This document shows positions 48,693 through 57,890 of a DNA stretch of 64,000 nucleotides, piece after piece; the stretch's first letter is position 1; each line of letters opens with the position of its first letter. The notes under the pieces were generated by a model, which saw nothing but the letters and a program-made list of their open reading frames with translations, did no database searches and was not told the DNA's origin. This stretch comes from Candidatus Levybacteria bacterium RIFCSPHIGHO2_01_FULL_38_26 (GTDB lineage: Bacteria; Patescibacteriota; Microgenomatia; Levybacterales; UBA12049): NCBI GenBank assembly GCA_001782075.1, contig MFNO01000013.1:48608-112607 (forward strand), written 5' to 3'. The translations under genes and the position numbers were made by a program.

Positions 48693-49474
48693 GAGCTATC
48701 ATTTTAGCAGCAGGGGAAGGTAAAAGATTAAGACCATACACAGAAGATCTTCCTAAAGGGATGTTGAAATTTGATGGCAAAGCATTAATTGAAAGACAAA
48801 TAAGCCTTTTTCAAGATAATGGTATCTATGATATTTGTATAGTTACAGGTCATCTGGCGGACAGAATTAAATATTCTAACATACGCTACTTTCATAACCC
48901 CAATTATGAGCAAACAAATATGGTAGAATCCCTCTTTTGTGCAAGGACGGTGTTGTTTGGAGAAATAGTAATATCTTACGCGGATATTGTTTTTGAAAAG
49001 AGAGTTTTGCGTCGTGTATTAGAAAGCAAAGCAGACGTAGGAGTAACGGTTGATACGTCTTGGAAGGAGTATTGGCTAATGCGGCATGAGGATGCAAATA
49101 TAGACATAGAAAGCTTAAAACTGCATAAAAAGGGAGGAATAATAGAGATAGGAAAACTTGAGAAATCAGCAGAAAACATAGATGGAAGATATGTAGGTTT
49201 ATTAAAATTTTCACCACGAGGGATTAAAAAACTAGTATCGGTTTATGACAAAGCTAAATCTATTTTTTGGAATAAATCTTGGCAAACCTCCGGCAGCTTC
49301 CAGAAGGCGTACATGACAGATTTGCTGCAGGCTTTAATAGATGACGGTCAGGAAATTAATGCGATAAAAATTCAGCACGGCTGGTTAGAGGTTGATACGG
49401 CAAGAGATTATGAGCAGGTGATCAGGCTTAAGAGAGAAAATATGTTAAAGAAATTTTTCAATCCTGAGGCTTAA
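48674..49474 (+). CDS. LicC-like sugar/phospho-headgroup cytidylyltransferase (Cj1416-like nucleotidyltransferase)
   Basis: AIILAAGEGKRLRPYT...PKGML, with a LicC/CTP-transferase-like length of 266 aa. Confidence 0.7.
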   Translation: MEKAKVRAIILAAGEGKRLRPYTEDLPKGMLKFDGKALIERQISLFQDNGIYDICIVTGHLADRIKYSNIRYFHNPNYEQTNMVESLFCARTVLFGEIVISYADIVFEKRVLRRVLESKADVGVTVDTSWKEYWLMRHEDANIDIESLKLHKKGGIIEIGKLEKSAENIDGRYVGLLKFSPRGIKKLVSVYDKAKSIFWNKSWQTSGSFQKAYMTDLLQALIDDGQEINAIKIQHGWLEVDTARDYEQVIRLKRENMLKKFFNPEA

Positions 49475-49495
49475 ATTAGACAAGAATAAATTTTT

Positions 49496-50035
49496 ATGGT
49501 TACTATAGTTTTTGAGTCACATGCAACAAGCTTTGATAATGAAAATCATGTTGTTTCAGGCTGGAATGATGTGGAATTATCTCCATTGGGCGTGCAGCAG
49601 GCAAAAGATTTAGGAAAGCGAAGGGAAAATGAAAAGTTTGTTGCAATCTTCTGTTCGGATCTTCAGCGATCTTATAAAACGGCCATAATAGCTTTTGGAA
49701 ACAAATCTCCAATTATTCAAGATTTTAGATTGAGAGAGTGTGATTATGGTGATTTAACGCAACGACCCAGTAGTTTAATAGATAATGAAAAACTTAATCG
49801 GATAACAAACCCTTTTCCCAATGGAGAAAGCTATACGCAAGCATCTGAAAGAATAAAGGAGTTTTTAGAAGATTTGATAAAAAACCATGAAGGTAAGAAA
49901 GTGATGATTATCGGACACAAGGCAACGCAATATGGATTAGAGCATTGGATAAAAAAAGAGTCCCTGGAAAAGGTTATTGCAGCTCATTGGAAATGGCAGC
50001 CCGGGTGGACTTATGAGCTTAGAGCTTTTCGCTGA
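49496..50035 (+). CDS. Histidine-phosphatase-superfamily (PGM-like) protein with an atypical catalytic motif
   Basis: FESHATS...GW replaces the canonical RHGE(T/S): the catalytic His is kept and the Arg becomes Ser. A second His lies in IIGHKAT. Confidence 0.6.
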   Translation: MVTIVFESHATSFDNENHVVSGWNDVELSPLGVQQAKDLGKRRENEKFVAIFCSDLQRSYKTAIIAFGNKSPIIQDFRLRECDYGDLTQRPSSLIDNEKLNRITNPFPNGESYTQASERIKEFLEDLIKNHEGKKVMIIGHKATQYGLEHWIKKESLEKVIAAHWKWQPGWTYELRAFR

Positions 50036-50036
50036 T

Positions 50037-50753
50037 ATGCAGCATGCATCGGTAGTAAAATTATTTAAAGAACAAATAGGTCATTATTCAAGCAGAGATC
50101 AGGCTGTTGATTCTAAAATTGTCTCACTTTTTAAAGGTTGGGTAAGAAAAGATAAAGTTAATAAACACTTAGAAATTTGTGAGTTTGGTGGTGGAGCAGG
50201 ACAATTACTTAGTCAACTTAGGGAAAATTACCACAATGCAAGCTTCACTAATGCAGAAATAGTAGAAGATTATAAAAAAAAACTAGTATCGGATAAGATA
50301 AAATTTGTCAAAACTTCAATTATTAAATCTGTGTTTACAGATAAATCATTTGACGTTTTGATTGCTAGGGATGTATTCCATCACTTAATTGGAAAAAGTT
50401 ATGATGAAACGGTCAAAAATCAAATAACTGCGCTTAATGAATTGAAACGCCTGCTTCGTCCTGGTGGAGTAATTTTCATTGAGGAGCTTACGATGATTGC
50501 AGAAATAACTTCGCGTGCTATTTATACTCTTTCAAGCTTTAACGCAAGATTGGGATTACGTTTACCGTTTATTAATATAAGCACAAATACAGTTGTTGCT
50601 TTTTTAACAAAAGATAAGCTGATAAGATTTTGTAAGCAGGTTTTTGTAAAAGAAAAAATTTACATAACGAAGATTAATATCAAGAATGATTTCAAGTCAA
50701 GGATTCTACGCCTGGGAAATAAGGCAGATAAAATAATAGTAACTATTCAATAG
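50037..50753 (+). CDS. Class I SAM-dependent methyltransferase
   Basis: ICEFGGGAGQLL, then RLLRPGGVIFIEE. The start was placed at MQHAS, just after the upstream stop; the track ORF starts at 49977. Confidence 0.65.
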   Translation: MQHASVVKLFKEQIGHYSSRDQAVDSKIVSLFKGWVRKDKVNKHLEICEFGGGAGQLLSQLRENYHNASFTNAEIVEDYKKKLVSDKIKFVKTSIIKSVFTDKSFDVLIARDVFHHLIGKSYDETVKNQITALNELKRLLRPGGVIFIEELTMIAEITSRAIYTLSSFNARLGLRLPFINISTNTVVAFLTKDKLIRFCKQVFVKEKIYITKINIKNDFKSRILRLGNKADKIIVTIQ

Positions 50754-52062
50754 GCAATAGCTTCTTGTCATAGTATTTTTTAGTTGCTGCAGGAAGTTTT
50801 GTTAAAGTGAATGCTATCAGGCATACAGCCAAGACAATATTTGCAAATAGAGAAACATTTACTATGTCTGACAAATTACTGTGGAAATAAAATATGCCAA
50901 CAACTTGCAAAATTGCAACAAGTAGCGATACATATCCGGGAGTAAATTCGTCCATTGCAATAAAGCCGCTTACGATAATATATGAGATTGTATAAAGTAG
51001 GATAGACATGCCGTAAGCAGGTATAAGAGGAATGATTTCCAGATAAGAACTAGAGAGCGCAATAACAACTATTTGTTTTGGAATTAGGAGATATATTACA
51101 AAAACCGATAAAACCAAAACGAATGCACCTGAGACAGCAATTTTGAATAGTTTTACACCCACAATATTGCTTTTGGCATTTATGACAAGAGGAAGAAAAA
51201 CAGTATTTAAAGGAAAAGTAGTAAGTATCATTCCTTTACCTAAAATCGCTAATCCTGCATACAATCCGGCTTGTTGGGCAAGATAGTATTGGGTTAATAT
51301 AAGATCTGCTGAGATTATAGATGTTAATCCTAAAAATCCGATCATTGTTGAAAAAGATTCTTTTGTAAAAGTTTTTGCGTTAAAGTTAATTTTTTCAGAT
51401 AGATTAAAAAATAATCGGCCTCGAAGCTGCCATATTGAATAAGCAAGCGCTAGTATACTAGATATAATAAGAGACCAAATTACCCCATTTAGCATAAACC
51501 CCAAAATTAACAGAGGGATAGAGAGGATTAATTTAGTAGCTTGTTGAAAAACTGAATTAAGCGCAAACGCCATAAAAAGCAAATTAGCTTTCATGAATGA
51601 CTTATGAATGGTTATAGACAATCCTAATATGCTTAACAGGATTATAATCGCTAAATTTTCAGAACTAACCGAACCAATCGCGATATGAATGCTATTGCTG
51701 ATCAGGAGAAAGGATACAAGTATTGCTATGCCCACAATAATCACAAAAAAGTTACTTTTATTGACAAGAGCTGAAGCAGAGGAATATTTCTTTTTTGAGA
51801 TATACCTTGCAAATTGTTTTATGAGTTGAATTGTGATTAAAATAGTCAAGACATTTATCATATTGAAGATATTGATCATTGTTTGTAGAATACCGTAATG
51901 TTCAATGCTTAGGTTGTGGGCAGCAGCAAGATTAAATAAGAAATTGAGAACATTAGATAATATTGAAGACGCAAAAATAATTATTGAACTGGAAAACAAG
52001 CCAAAATGGATGGGATGAGAGTTTTTAAATTTGGCTAGATGAGATATTATGAGGCGTTTCAT
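50743..52062 (-). CDS. Wzx-like flippase (MOP superfamily), paralog of 9432..10700
   Basis: SNVLNFLFNLAAAHNLSIEHYGILQTM mirrors the N-terminal motif of the other flippase. Confidence 0.7.
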   Translation of the reverse strand: MKRLIISHLAKFKNSHPIHFGLFSSSIIIFASSILSNVLNFLFNLAAAHNLSIEHYGILQTMINIFNMINVLTILITIQLIKQFARYISKKKYSSASALVNKSNFFVIIVGIAILVSFLLISNSIHIAIGSVSSENLAIIILLSILGLSITIHKSFMKANLLFMAFALNSVFQQATKLILSIPLLILGFMLNGVIWSLIISSILALAYSIWQLRGRLFFNLSEKINFNAKTFTKESFSTMIGFLGLTSIISADLILTQYYLAQQAGLYAGLAILGKGMILTTFPLNTVFLPLVINAKSNIVGVKLFKIAVSGAFVLVLSVFVIYLLIPKQIVVIALSSSYLEIIPLIPAYGMSILLYTISYIIVSGFIAMDEFTPGYVSLLVAILQVVGIFYFHSNLSDIVNVSLFANIVLAVCLIAFTLTKLPAATKKYYDKKLLPIE

Positions 52063-52116
52063 TTTTGTTAAATAGATTTTAACATAATTTTACTGATATA
52101 ATTATTCAATTCTATT

Positions 52117-53811
52117 ATGCGAAAGTCTTTTCTTTCTATAATACTTTTTTTAATAATACTTTTAGCTTATTGGGATCTACCAAAAACTTTTTTTCAGCAA
52201 GATGAATGGCAAAGCTTAGCGGCCGCTATTTATTACCAAAGTATAAGTTTTTCCGGAATAGTGCAATCTTTTTTGCCTTCAGATGCTATTTCTCATTTTA
52301 ACCCCTTGGCAAAAATATATGAATGGTTTACGTTCTTATTTTTTTATACTAATTTTGAGTTTTATGCCTGGTTGAGTATTGGTGTGCACGCAATAAATAC
52401 ATTTCTACTTTACTATTTCGTTTTATTGACATTTCAGAACAGAAAACTTGCATTTTTTGCCGCTATTTTATTTGGTGTAAACAGTATAGCAAGCCAGGCG
52501 GTAACCTGGGTCGCCGCTATAAACAGCTATGAAATCCCTACAGTTTTTATACTCCTATCGTTAATATTTTTCCATCGTTTTCTTAGACAAAAAGAACATC
52601 GGAATAGAAATGTGCTGTTTTCTTTTTCTTTGCTTTTTATTTCACTTTTGTTTCACGAAATTGGCATTTTTCTCCTCATTTTCTATCCCTTAATATTCTT
52701 TTTATACACCAAGTCCGAATGGAGAAAATTATTCCCTGCTCTTCTTTACAGCTTGCTGCTTTTCATTTTTGCCTTTTTTCTTATTAGAGTTCCTTTTTTC
52801 TTTGGATTTACAACTACTCTTCCGGTAGTAACAGATATTTCTCGTCCTTCTGTAACAGTTTATCCTTACCGGTTGGTTTCTATAGCAATGAAGTCCTTTG
52901 CAGGGAGTCTGATTCCCGAGAGAACTCTTATTGAAATTTCGCAAAGTGTTGTCTATCTTGGCTATCCTCAATATTTAACGGCAGATAATCTTCCAAATCC
53001 TTTTATTACTCAATCAATTGTCTTTGATTTAACCTCTTACATGTTTACCGTAATTATTGTCTGTATAATAATTTTTTGCATAAAACTGACTCGAGATAAG
53101 AAACTTAAAGACGCGCTTTTTTGGGCACTGCTTTTTGTCCCAGCCAGTTTAATTCCGTATGGTTTTGTCTTGGGAAAAGCAGGATACGCGTCTATACTTG
53201 AACCTAAATTTTTTTATGTCGGTAGTATTGGAATAAGCATACTTGTTGCAGCTGCTGCATATTCTTTGCTTATTAAATTTTCAAAACAAAAGATACTAAA
53301 AACTATTGTTTATCTTTTGCTGGGATTATATTTTGTACACCATCTTATGGCAGTAAAAACTAATTCAAATAATTTAGTGGAAATAGGAACACAGAGAAAA
53401 GAATTTCTTACAAATATTAAATCTTCTTATAAAAAACTTCCACAAAATGCTGTATTTTTTACCCAAAGCGATACTGCTTATTACGGTATGCCAGATGATG
53501 AAAGAATTCTGCCCGTGCAGATCGGTTTTGGCAAGATGCTTATGATATGGTATCAAAAAGACGAGCGATTTCCGGGATGTTTGTATGAAGGACAATTTTT
53601 ATTGCCGTTATTGGAAGAAGGTTATCGAAGCTGTGGTGGTCGCGGCTTTGGGTATTTTAGAAATTATGATAAACTTATAGACACAATTAAAACGAACAAT
53701 ATTAAGGTAGAAAGTGTGATTGCTTATTCATGGAATGGAAAAAGTGAAAAACTTGAAGACATCACGAGTGAAATACGGACAAGAATAAAAATAGATCTTG
53801 AAAATAAATAA
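52117..53811 (+). CDS. GT-C membrane glycosyltransferase (ArnT/PMT-like)
   Basis: WDLPKTFFQQDEWQSLA (DE motif) and a C-terminal soluble domain YYGMPDDERILP...GYRSCGGRGFGYFR. Confidence 0.65.
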   Translation: MRKSFLSIILFLIILLAYWDLPKTFFQQDEWQSLAAAIYYQSISFSGIVQSFLPSDAISHFNPLAKIYEWFTFLFFYTNFEFYAWLSIGVHAINTFLLYYFVLLTFQNRKLAFFAAILFGVNSIASQAVTWVAAINSYEIPTVFILLSLIFFHRFLRQKEHRNRNVLFSFSLLFISLLFHEIGIFLLIFYPLIFFLYTKSEWRKLFPALLYSLLLFIFAFFLIRVPFFFGFTTTLPVVTDISRPSVTVYPYRLVSIAMKSFAGSLIPERTLIEISQSVVYLGYPQYLTADNLPNPFITQSIVFDLTSYMFTVIIVCIIIFCIKLTRDKKLKDALFWALLFVPASLIPYGFVLGKAGYASILEPKFFYVGSIGISILVAAAAYSLLIKFSKQKILKTIVYLLLGLYFVHHLMAVKTNSNNLVEIGTQRKEFLTNIKSSYKKLPQNAVFFTQSDTAYYGMPDDERILPVQIGFGKMLMIWYQKDERFPGCLYEGQFLLPLLEEGYRSCGGRGFGYFRNYDKLIDTIKTNNIKVESVIAYSWNGKSEKLEDITSEIRTRIKIDLENK

Positions 53812-54745
53812 CATGAAATTATCTCACAAAAAAATAGTTGTAACCGGTGGTGGTGGGTTTTTAGGAAAATATGTTGTTCAGAGATTAAAGAAAGAAGGCG
53901 CTTCTGACATTTTTTCTCCCCTATCGAAAGAATATGACCTCAGAAATAGGGAAGTTTGTAGGAAAATAGTGAAAAATGCGGATATAGTTATCCACTTAGC
54001 TGCGCAAATAGGCGGAATAGGTTTTATAGGAGAGCACATGGGTGAGGTATTTTATAACAATATAGTTATGGGGGTTGAGCTTATGGAAGCGTCACGACTT
54101 GCAGGCGTTGAGAAATTTGTGAGTGTTGGTACTGTTTGCGAATATCCTAAAAGTCCGCCAGTCCCTTTTCGAGAAGAAGATTTGTGGGAAGGATATCCTG
54201 AAGAAACTACTTCTTCCTACGGTTGGGCTAAAAAAGTGCTTATCGTTCAAGGGAAAGCGTATAAAAAACAATACAATTTTAATGCCATACATCTGCTTCC
54301 TGTTAATTTATATGGTCCACATGATAATTTTGATAGAACATCAAGTCACGTTATTCCAGCTCTTGTTAAGAGAGTTATTGAGGCAAAAGAAAAAAAGAAA
54401 CCTTATGTTAAGATTTGGGGAACAGGAACTGCTACGCGAGAGTTTCTGTATGTCCAGGATGCAGCCGAGGGAATAGTCTTGGCAACAAAAAAGTATGATT
54501 CTACTGAGCCAGTTAATTTGGGAACAGGTGTTGAGACTTTTATCAAAGATCTTGTCAAAATTATTGCCGAACTTACAGGGTATCATGGAGAAATAAAATG
54601 GGACGCTACAAAGCCAGATGGCCAGCCGAGAAGGAGACTTGATGTATCAAAAGCAAAAAAAGAATTTGGTTTTTCAGCAAAAACCTCCCTCAAAAAGGGA
54701 CTTAGAGCTACAATTGAATGGTATCAACGGTATAGAACTATATGA
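53798..54745 (+). CDS. fcl: GDP-L-fucose synthase (GDP-4-keto-6-deoxymannose 3,5-epimerase/4-reductase)
   Basis: VVTGGGGFLGKY, LAAQIGGIG and NLYGPHDNFDRTSSHVIPALV are GMER signature regions. Confidence 0.8.
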   Translation: MKINNMKLSHKKIVVTGGGGFLGKYVVQRLKKEGASDIFSPLSKEYDLRNREVCRKIVKNADIVIHLAAQIGGIGFIGEHMGEVFYNNIVMGVELMEASRLAGVEKFVSVGTVCEYPKSPPVPFREEDLWEGYPEETTSSYGWAKKVLIVQGKAYKKQYNFNAIHLLPVNLYGPHDNFDRTSSHVIPALVKRVIEAKEKKKPYVKIWGTGTATREFLYVQDAAEGIVLATKKYDSTEPVNLGTGVETFIKDLVKIIAELTGYHGEIKWDATKPDGQPRRRLDVSKAKKEFGFSAKTSLKKGLRATIEWYQRYRTI

Positions 54746-56427
54746 TTTTTTTTCTAGTTGTTGCTTATGTAGCTCTCGGGTTTTTGGCATTTGGAAAGCT
54801 TCCGTTTACATTTTTCCAACAGGATGAGTGGGCTATTTTTGGAAATTATATCTATTGGGAAAAAGCCAGTCTCGGCTGGTGGGAAAGACTGTTTATTTAC
54901 GAACAAGATACTCATATTATTCCGTTCTCGAATCTCTTTTCTTTTTTGCAATTTAAGGCTTTTGGATTGAATTTTTTTTATTACGGAATTTCAAGTATTC
55001 TTCTTCATATTATTAATGCAATTCTTGTATATGTACTTTCGACTATTATAACCAACAAAAAAAGCGTTGGATATATCGCGGGTGCTGTATTTTTGATTAG
55101 CTCAGTAACACATCAAGCAGTCACATGGGTTGCTACAAGTCCCGGAACGTTAGGCGCGACATTCTTTACAATTCTTTCCCTTATTTTTTTCTTTAAATTC
55201 ATGCAGTCAAATACCAAAAAAGTCAGTGGTTTATTACTAGTACTTCTTCTTTTGATTGCTTCTTTGTTTTTCAAAGAAACTAGTGTTTTTTTATTTGGTT
55301 TGATACCGGTATTGTGGTTAATCCTGGGTGGAGCAAGGAAAGAGAAGCATCCTAAAGCCCTTTTTTTTGTATTTTGTTTCTTCGTGACTTTTTATATACT
55401 TTTTAGACTCTTTATTTTGTTTTTTGGATATGAGTCTACTTCAGACCCCCAATATATTTCGCAGCCGACTGATATAGCTGCTTATGCCTTTAGAATTCCG
55501 ACAGTACCACTGAAGTTTATCGCACAAAGTATAATTCCCCAATCAACGTTAATATCAATAGGAAACACTCTAGTAGAGATTGCCTATCCTCAATTTGCGC
55601 AGCAAGGCGCACCAGATCCATATATCTCTCAAACCATTGCTGTTGATATAATCTCTTATTTATCTTCAATCATATTTTTGATGTTTTTCTTTGTAGTTTA
55701 CAGGTTCCATAAACGACTTAAGAAAGAAAAACTGGCAAAAGCGATCTTGGTATCTTTTGTAGGAATAGTTTTGAGTTCTCTTCCATTTGTTCTTATTCCT
55801 GGCAAGGCGGGTTATTTTTCACTGATTGACGGAAGACATCTTTATCTTTCTAATGTGTTTTTATCTATCGCTCTTTCTACTGTTTTATATGGTTTGTATA
55901 GGTGGATTCCAAAGCGACAGATAACAATTCCAGTGTTTATTCTTATTCTTATGGCAATAGTAATATTTAATATTCGTTTAATAAGAAGAGATTTAAATGT
56001 GCAAGTCGGCAATGGAATAATTCGTACATCCATACTGCATACAATCTCCAATACATACCCCACGTTGTCCTCGCGTGTAGTTTTTTACACACAGGCAGAC
56101 AAGTCCTATTATGGTTTACCAGAGGAAGAAAAAATTCTTCCATTCCAATCTGGGTTTGGTCAGACGCTTTTGGTTTGGTATAATAGCAAAGGAGAGAATT
56201 TCCCCTCATGTTTTTTTAAGGAAAAATATTTGTATGTATTACTTGAGGAGGGATATAGAGAGTGTGAGGGGAGGGGTTTTGGGTATTTTAGGAAAATGAA
56301 TTCATTAAAAAAAGCAGTGATTGAATACGGAATACCGGTTGAAAGTATTGTTGCTTTTTCCTACGATTCGTCTTCAAATAAACTTACCGATATATCTGAT
56401 CGCGTACGCAGTTTGATAACAAAATGA
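54742..56427 (+). CDS. GT-C membrane glycosyltransferase, paralog of 52117..53811
   Basis: FGKLPFTFFQQDEWAIF and a C-terminal domain YYGLPEEEKILP...GYRECEGRGFGYFR colinear with the paralog. Confidence 0.65.
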   Translation: MIFFLVVAYVALGFLAFGKLPFTFFQQDEWAIFGNYIYWEKASLGWWERLFIYEQDTHIIPFSNLFSFLQFKAFGLNFFYYGISSILLHIINAILVYVLSTIITNKKSVGYIAGAVFLISSVTHQAVTWVATSPGTLGATFFTILSLIFFFKFMQSNTKKVSGLLLVLLLLIASLFFKETSVFLFGLIPVLWLILGGARKEKHPKALFFVFCFFVTFYILFRLFILFFGYESTSDPQYISQPTDIAAYAFRIPTVPLKFIAQSIIPQSTLISIGNTLVEIAYPQFAQQGAPDPYISQTIAVDIISYLSSIIFLMFFFVVYRFHKRLKKEKLAKAILVSFVGIVLSSLPFVLIPGKAGYFSLIDGRHLYLSNVFLSIALSTVLYGLYRWIPKRQITIPVFILILMAIVIFNIRLIRRDLNVQVGNGIIRTSILHTISNTYPTLSSRVVFYTQADKSYYGLPEEEKILPFQSGFGQTLLVWYNSKGENFPSCFFKEKYLYVLLEEGYRECEGRGFGYFRKMNSLKKAVIEYGIPVESIVAFSYDSSSNKLTDISDRVRSLITK

Positions 56428-57890
56428 GAACATCATTGCCGCTTGCTTCAGTCAATATACGTACCTACAATTCAGAGAAGACGCTTGGAAAAACCCTCGA
56501 TTCTGTAAGAAAACAAAGTTATCAAAACATTGAAATTGTTGTCTCAGACGGTTATAGCAAAGACAGAAGTGTTGAGATAGCAAAAAAATATAAGGCTCGT
56601 GTAAATTATGCCCAGAAACTTGGTGACGCAAGATATAAAAATTATGAGAAAAGTAAGGGGAAGTATATACTGTCTTTAGATTCAGATCAGGTTTTGGATT
56701 CGAGTGTAATTGAGAGTTGCGTGATGCTTTGTGAAGAAAAAAAATTTGACGCTGTTACAATTTCAGAAAAATCTCTTGTTGGCAGTGGGACATTGCTTGA
56801 GAAGTTAATAGCTTACGATAAATGGGTAATTGATCAAAGTAAAGATGCGGATGCTGATTTCGGAACTGCGTGTCCGCGTTTTTTTAGAAAAAAATTGTTT
56901 GACAGTCTAAAGTGGCCGGAAGGGCTTGCAGTTTTTGACGATACTATTTTGTATAAAGAGCTTCTAAAAAATGGAGCAAAAGTAGCTTATCTTTCTGAAC
57001 ATTCAGTACGTCACCACGAAGTTTCAAGCTGGATAGTTTTTTTTAAGAAATTTATTCGCTACGGGAAGGGTTATCCCAATGCTTTCAAATCCCAGCCCTC
57101 AACTATTGCAGCCCATTCGCTTCCCAGACGATCTTATTTTAGCAAAGCTGCATTATCCAAGCCTCATTACTTCCTAGGTTTGCTTTTACTGTACCTTGTA
57201 AAAGGTTTAGCTGCAGGAACAGGGGTAATCTCTTATTTTATTGAGAATCTATTGGTTTCTTTGCGCCGGTGGTTGGTGAATATAGGCGATGCGCCATATT
57301 ATTGGGTGCTTGAAAAAGAACTAAGAGGTTCAAAATCGGTTTTGGATGTTGGGTGCGGAAGTAATTCTCCACTTCTGAAAATAAGAAAGAATTTTTACTC
57401 GGAAGGAGTTGACGTTTTTGGTCCGAGTATCAAAGAAAGCAAGAAGGCAAAGATTCATGATAAATATAAGGTAGGCGACATATTAAATATAAGTCGATTT
57501 TTTAAGCCCAAGAGTTTTGACTCGGTAATTGCCCTAGACGTAATCGAACATTTCGATAAAAAAGAGGGATTAAAACTTATGGATTATCTGGAAAACATTG
57601 CCAAGAAGAAAGTGATTATTTTTACTCCTTTTGGATTTACACAGCAGCATCCAAGCGATGGCAATCCTTTTCAAAAACACAAGTCAGGATGGTATATTGA
57701 AGACTTTAAGAAGCGGGGTTATACTGTATATGGCATGAGAGGATTTAGATTTATTAGAGGAGAGTACGCTACCATTAGATATAAACCCTGGTTTTTTTGG
57801 GGCACAGTTTCATCAATGTCTCAATTTCTTGTTTACAATTATCCAAAAGTTGCATACCAATTATTAGCGGTTAAAAATATTAATCTATGA
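56424..57890 (+). CDS. Bifunctional GT2 glycosyltransferase + class I SAM methyltransferase fusion
   Basis: The N-terminal half is GT2 (ASVNIRTYNSEKTL...IVVSDGYSKDRS...LSLDSDQ). The C-terminal half is MTase (VLDVGCGSNSPLL...VIALDVIEHF). Confidence 0.75.
   Translation: MRTSLPLASVNIRTYNSEKTLGKTLDSVRKQSYQNIEIVVSDGYSKDRSVEIAKKYKARVNYAQKLGDARYKNYEKSKGKYILSLDSDQVLDSSVIESCVMLCEEKKFDAVTISEKSLVGSGTLLEKLIAYDKWVIDQSKDADADFGTACPRFFRKKLFDSLKWPEGLAVFDDTILYKELLKNGAKVAYLSEHSVRHHEVSSWIVFFKKFIRYGKGYPNAFKSQPSTIAAHSLPRRSYFSKAALSKPHYFLGLLLLYLVKGLAAGTGVISYFIENLLVSLRRWLVNIGDAPYYWVLEKELRGSKSVLDVGCGSNSPLLKIRKNFYSEGVDVFGPSIKESKKAKIHDKYKVGDILNISRFFKPKSFDSVIALDVIEHFDKKEGLKLMDYLENIAKKKVIIFTPFGFTQQHPSDGNPFQKHKSGWYIEDFKKRGYTVYGMRGFRFIRGEYATIRYKPWFFWGTVSSMSQFLVYNYPKVAYQLLAVKNINL

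Noticed and set aside
56111-56299. Small ORFs inside 54742..56427 and 55842..56209 on the minus strand
   Set aside because: They overlap the conserved paralogous GT-C gene, with no independent signal.
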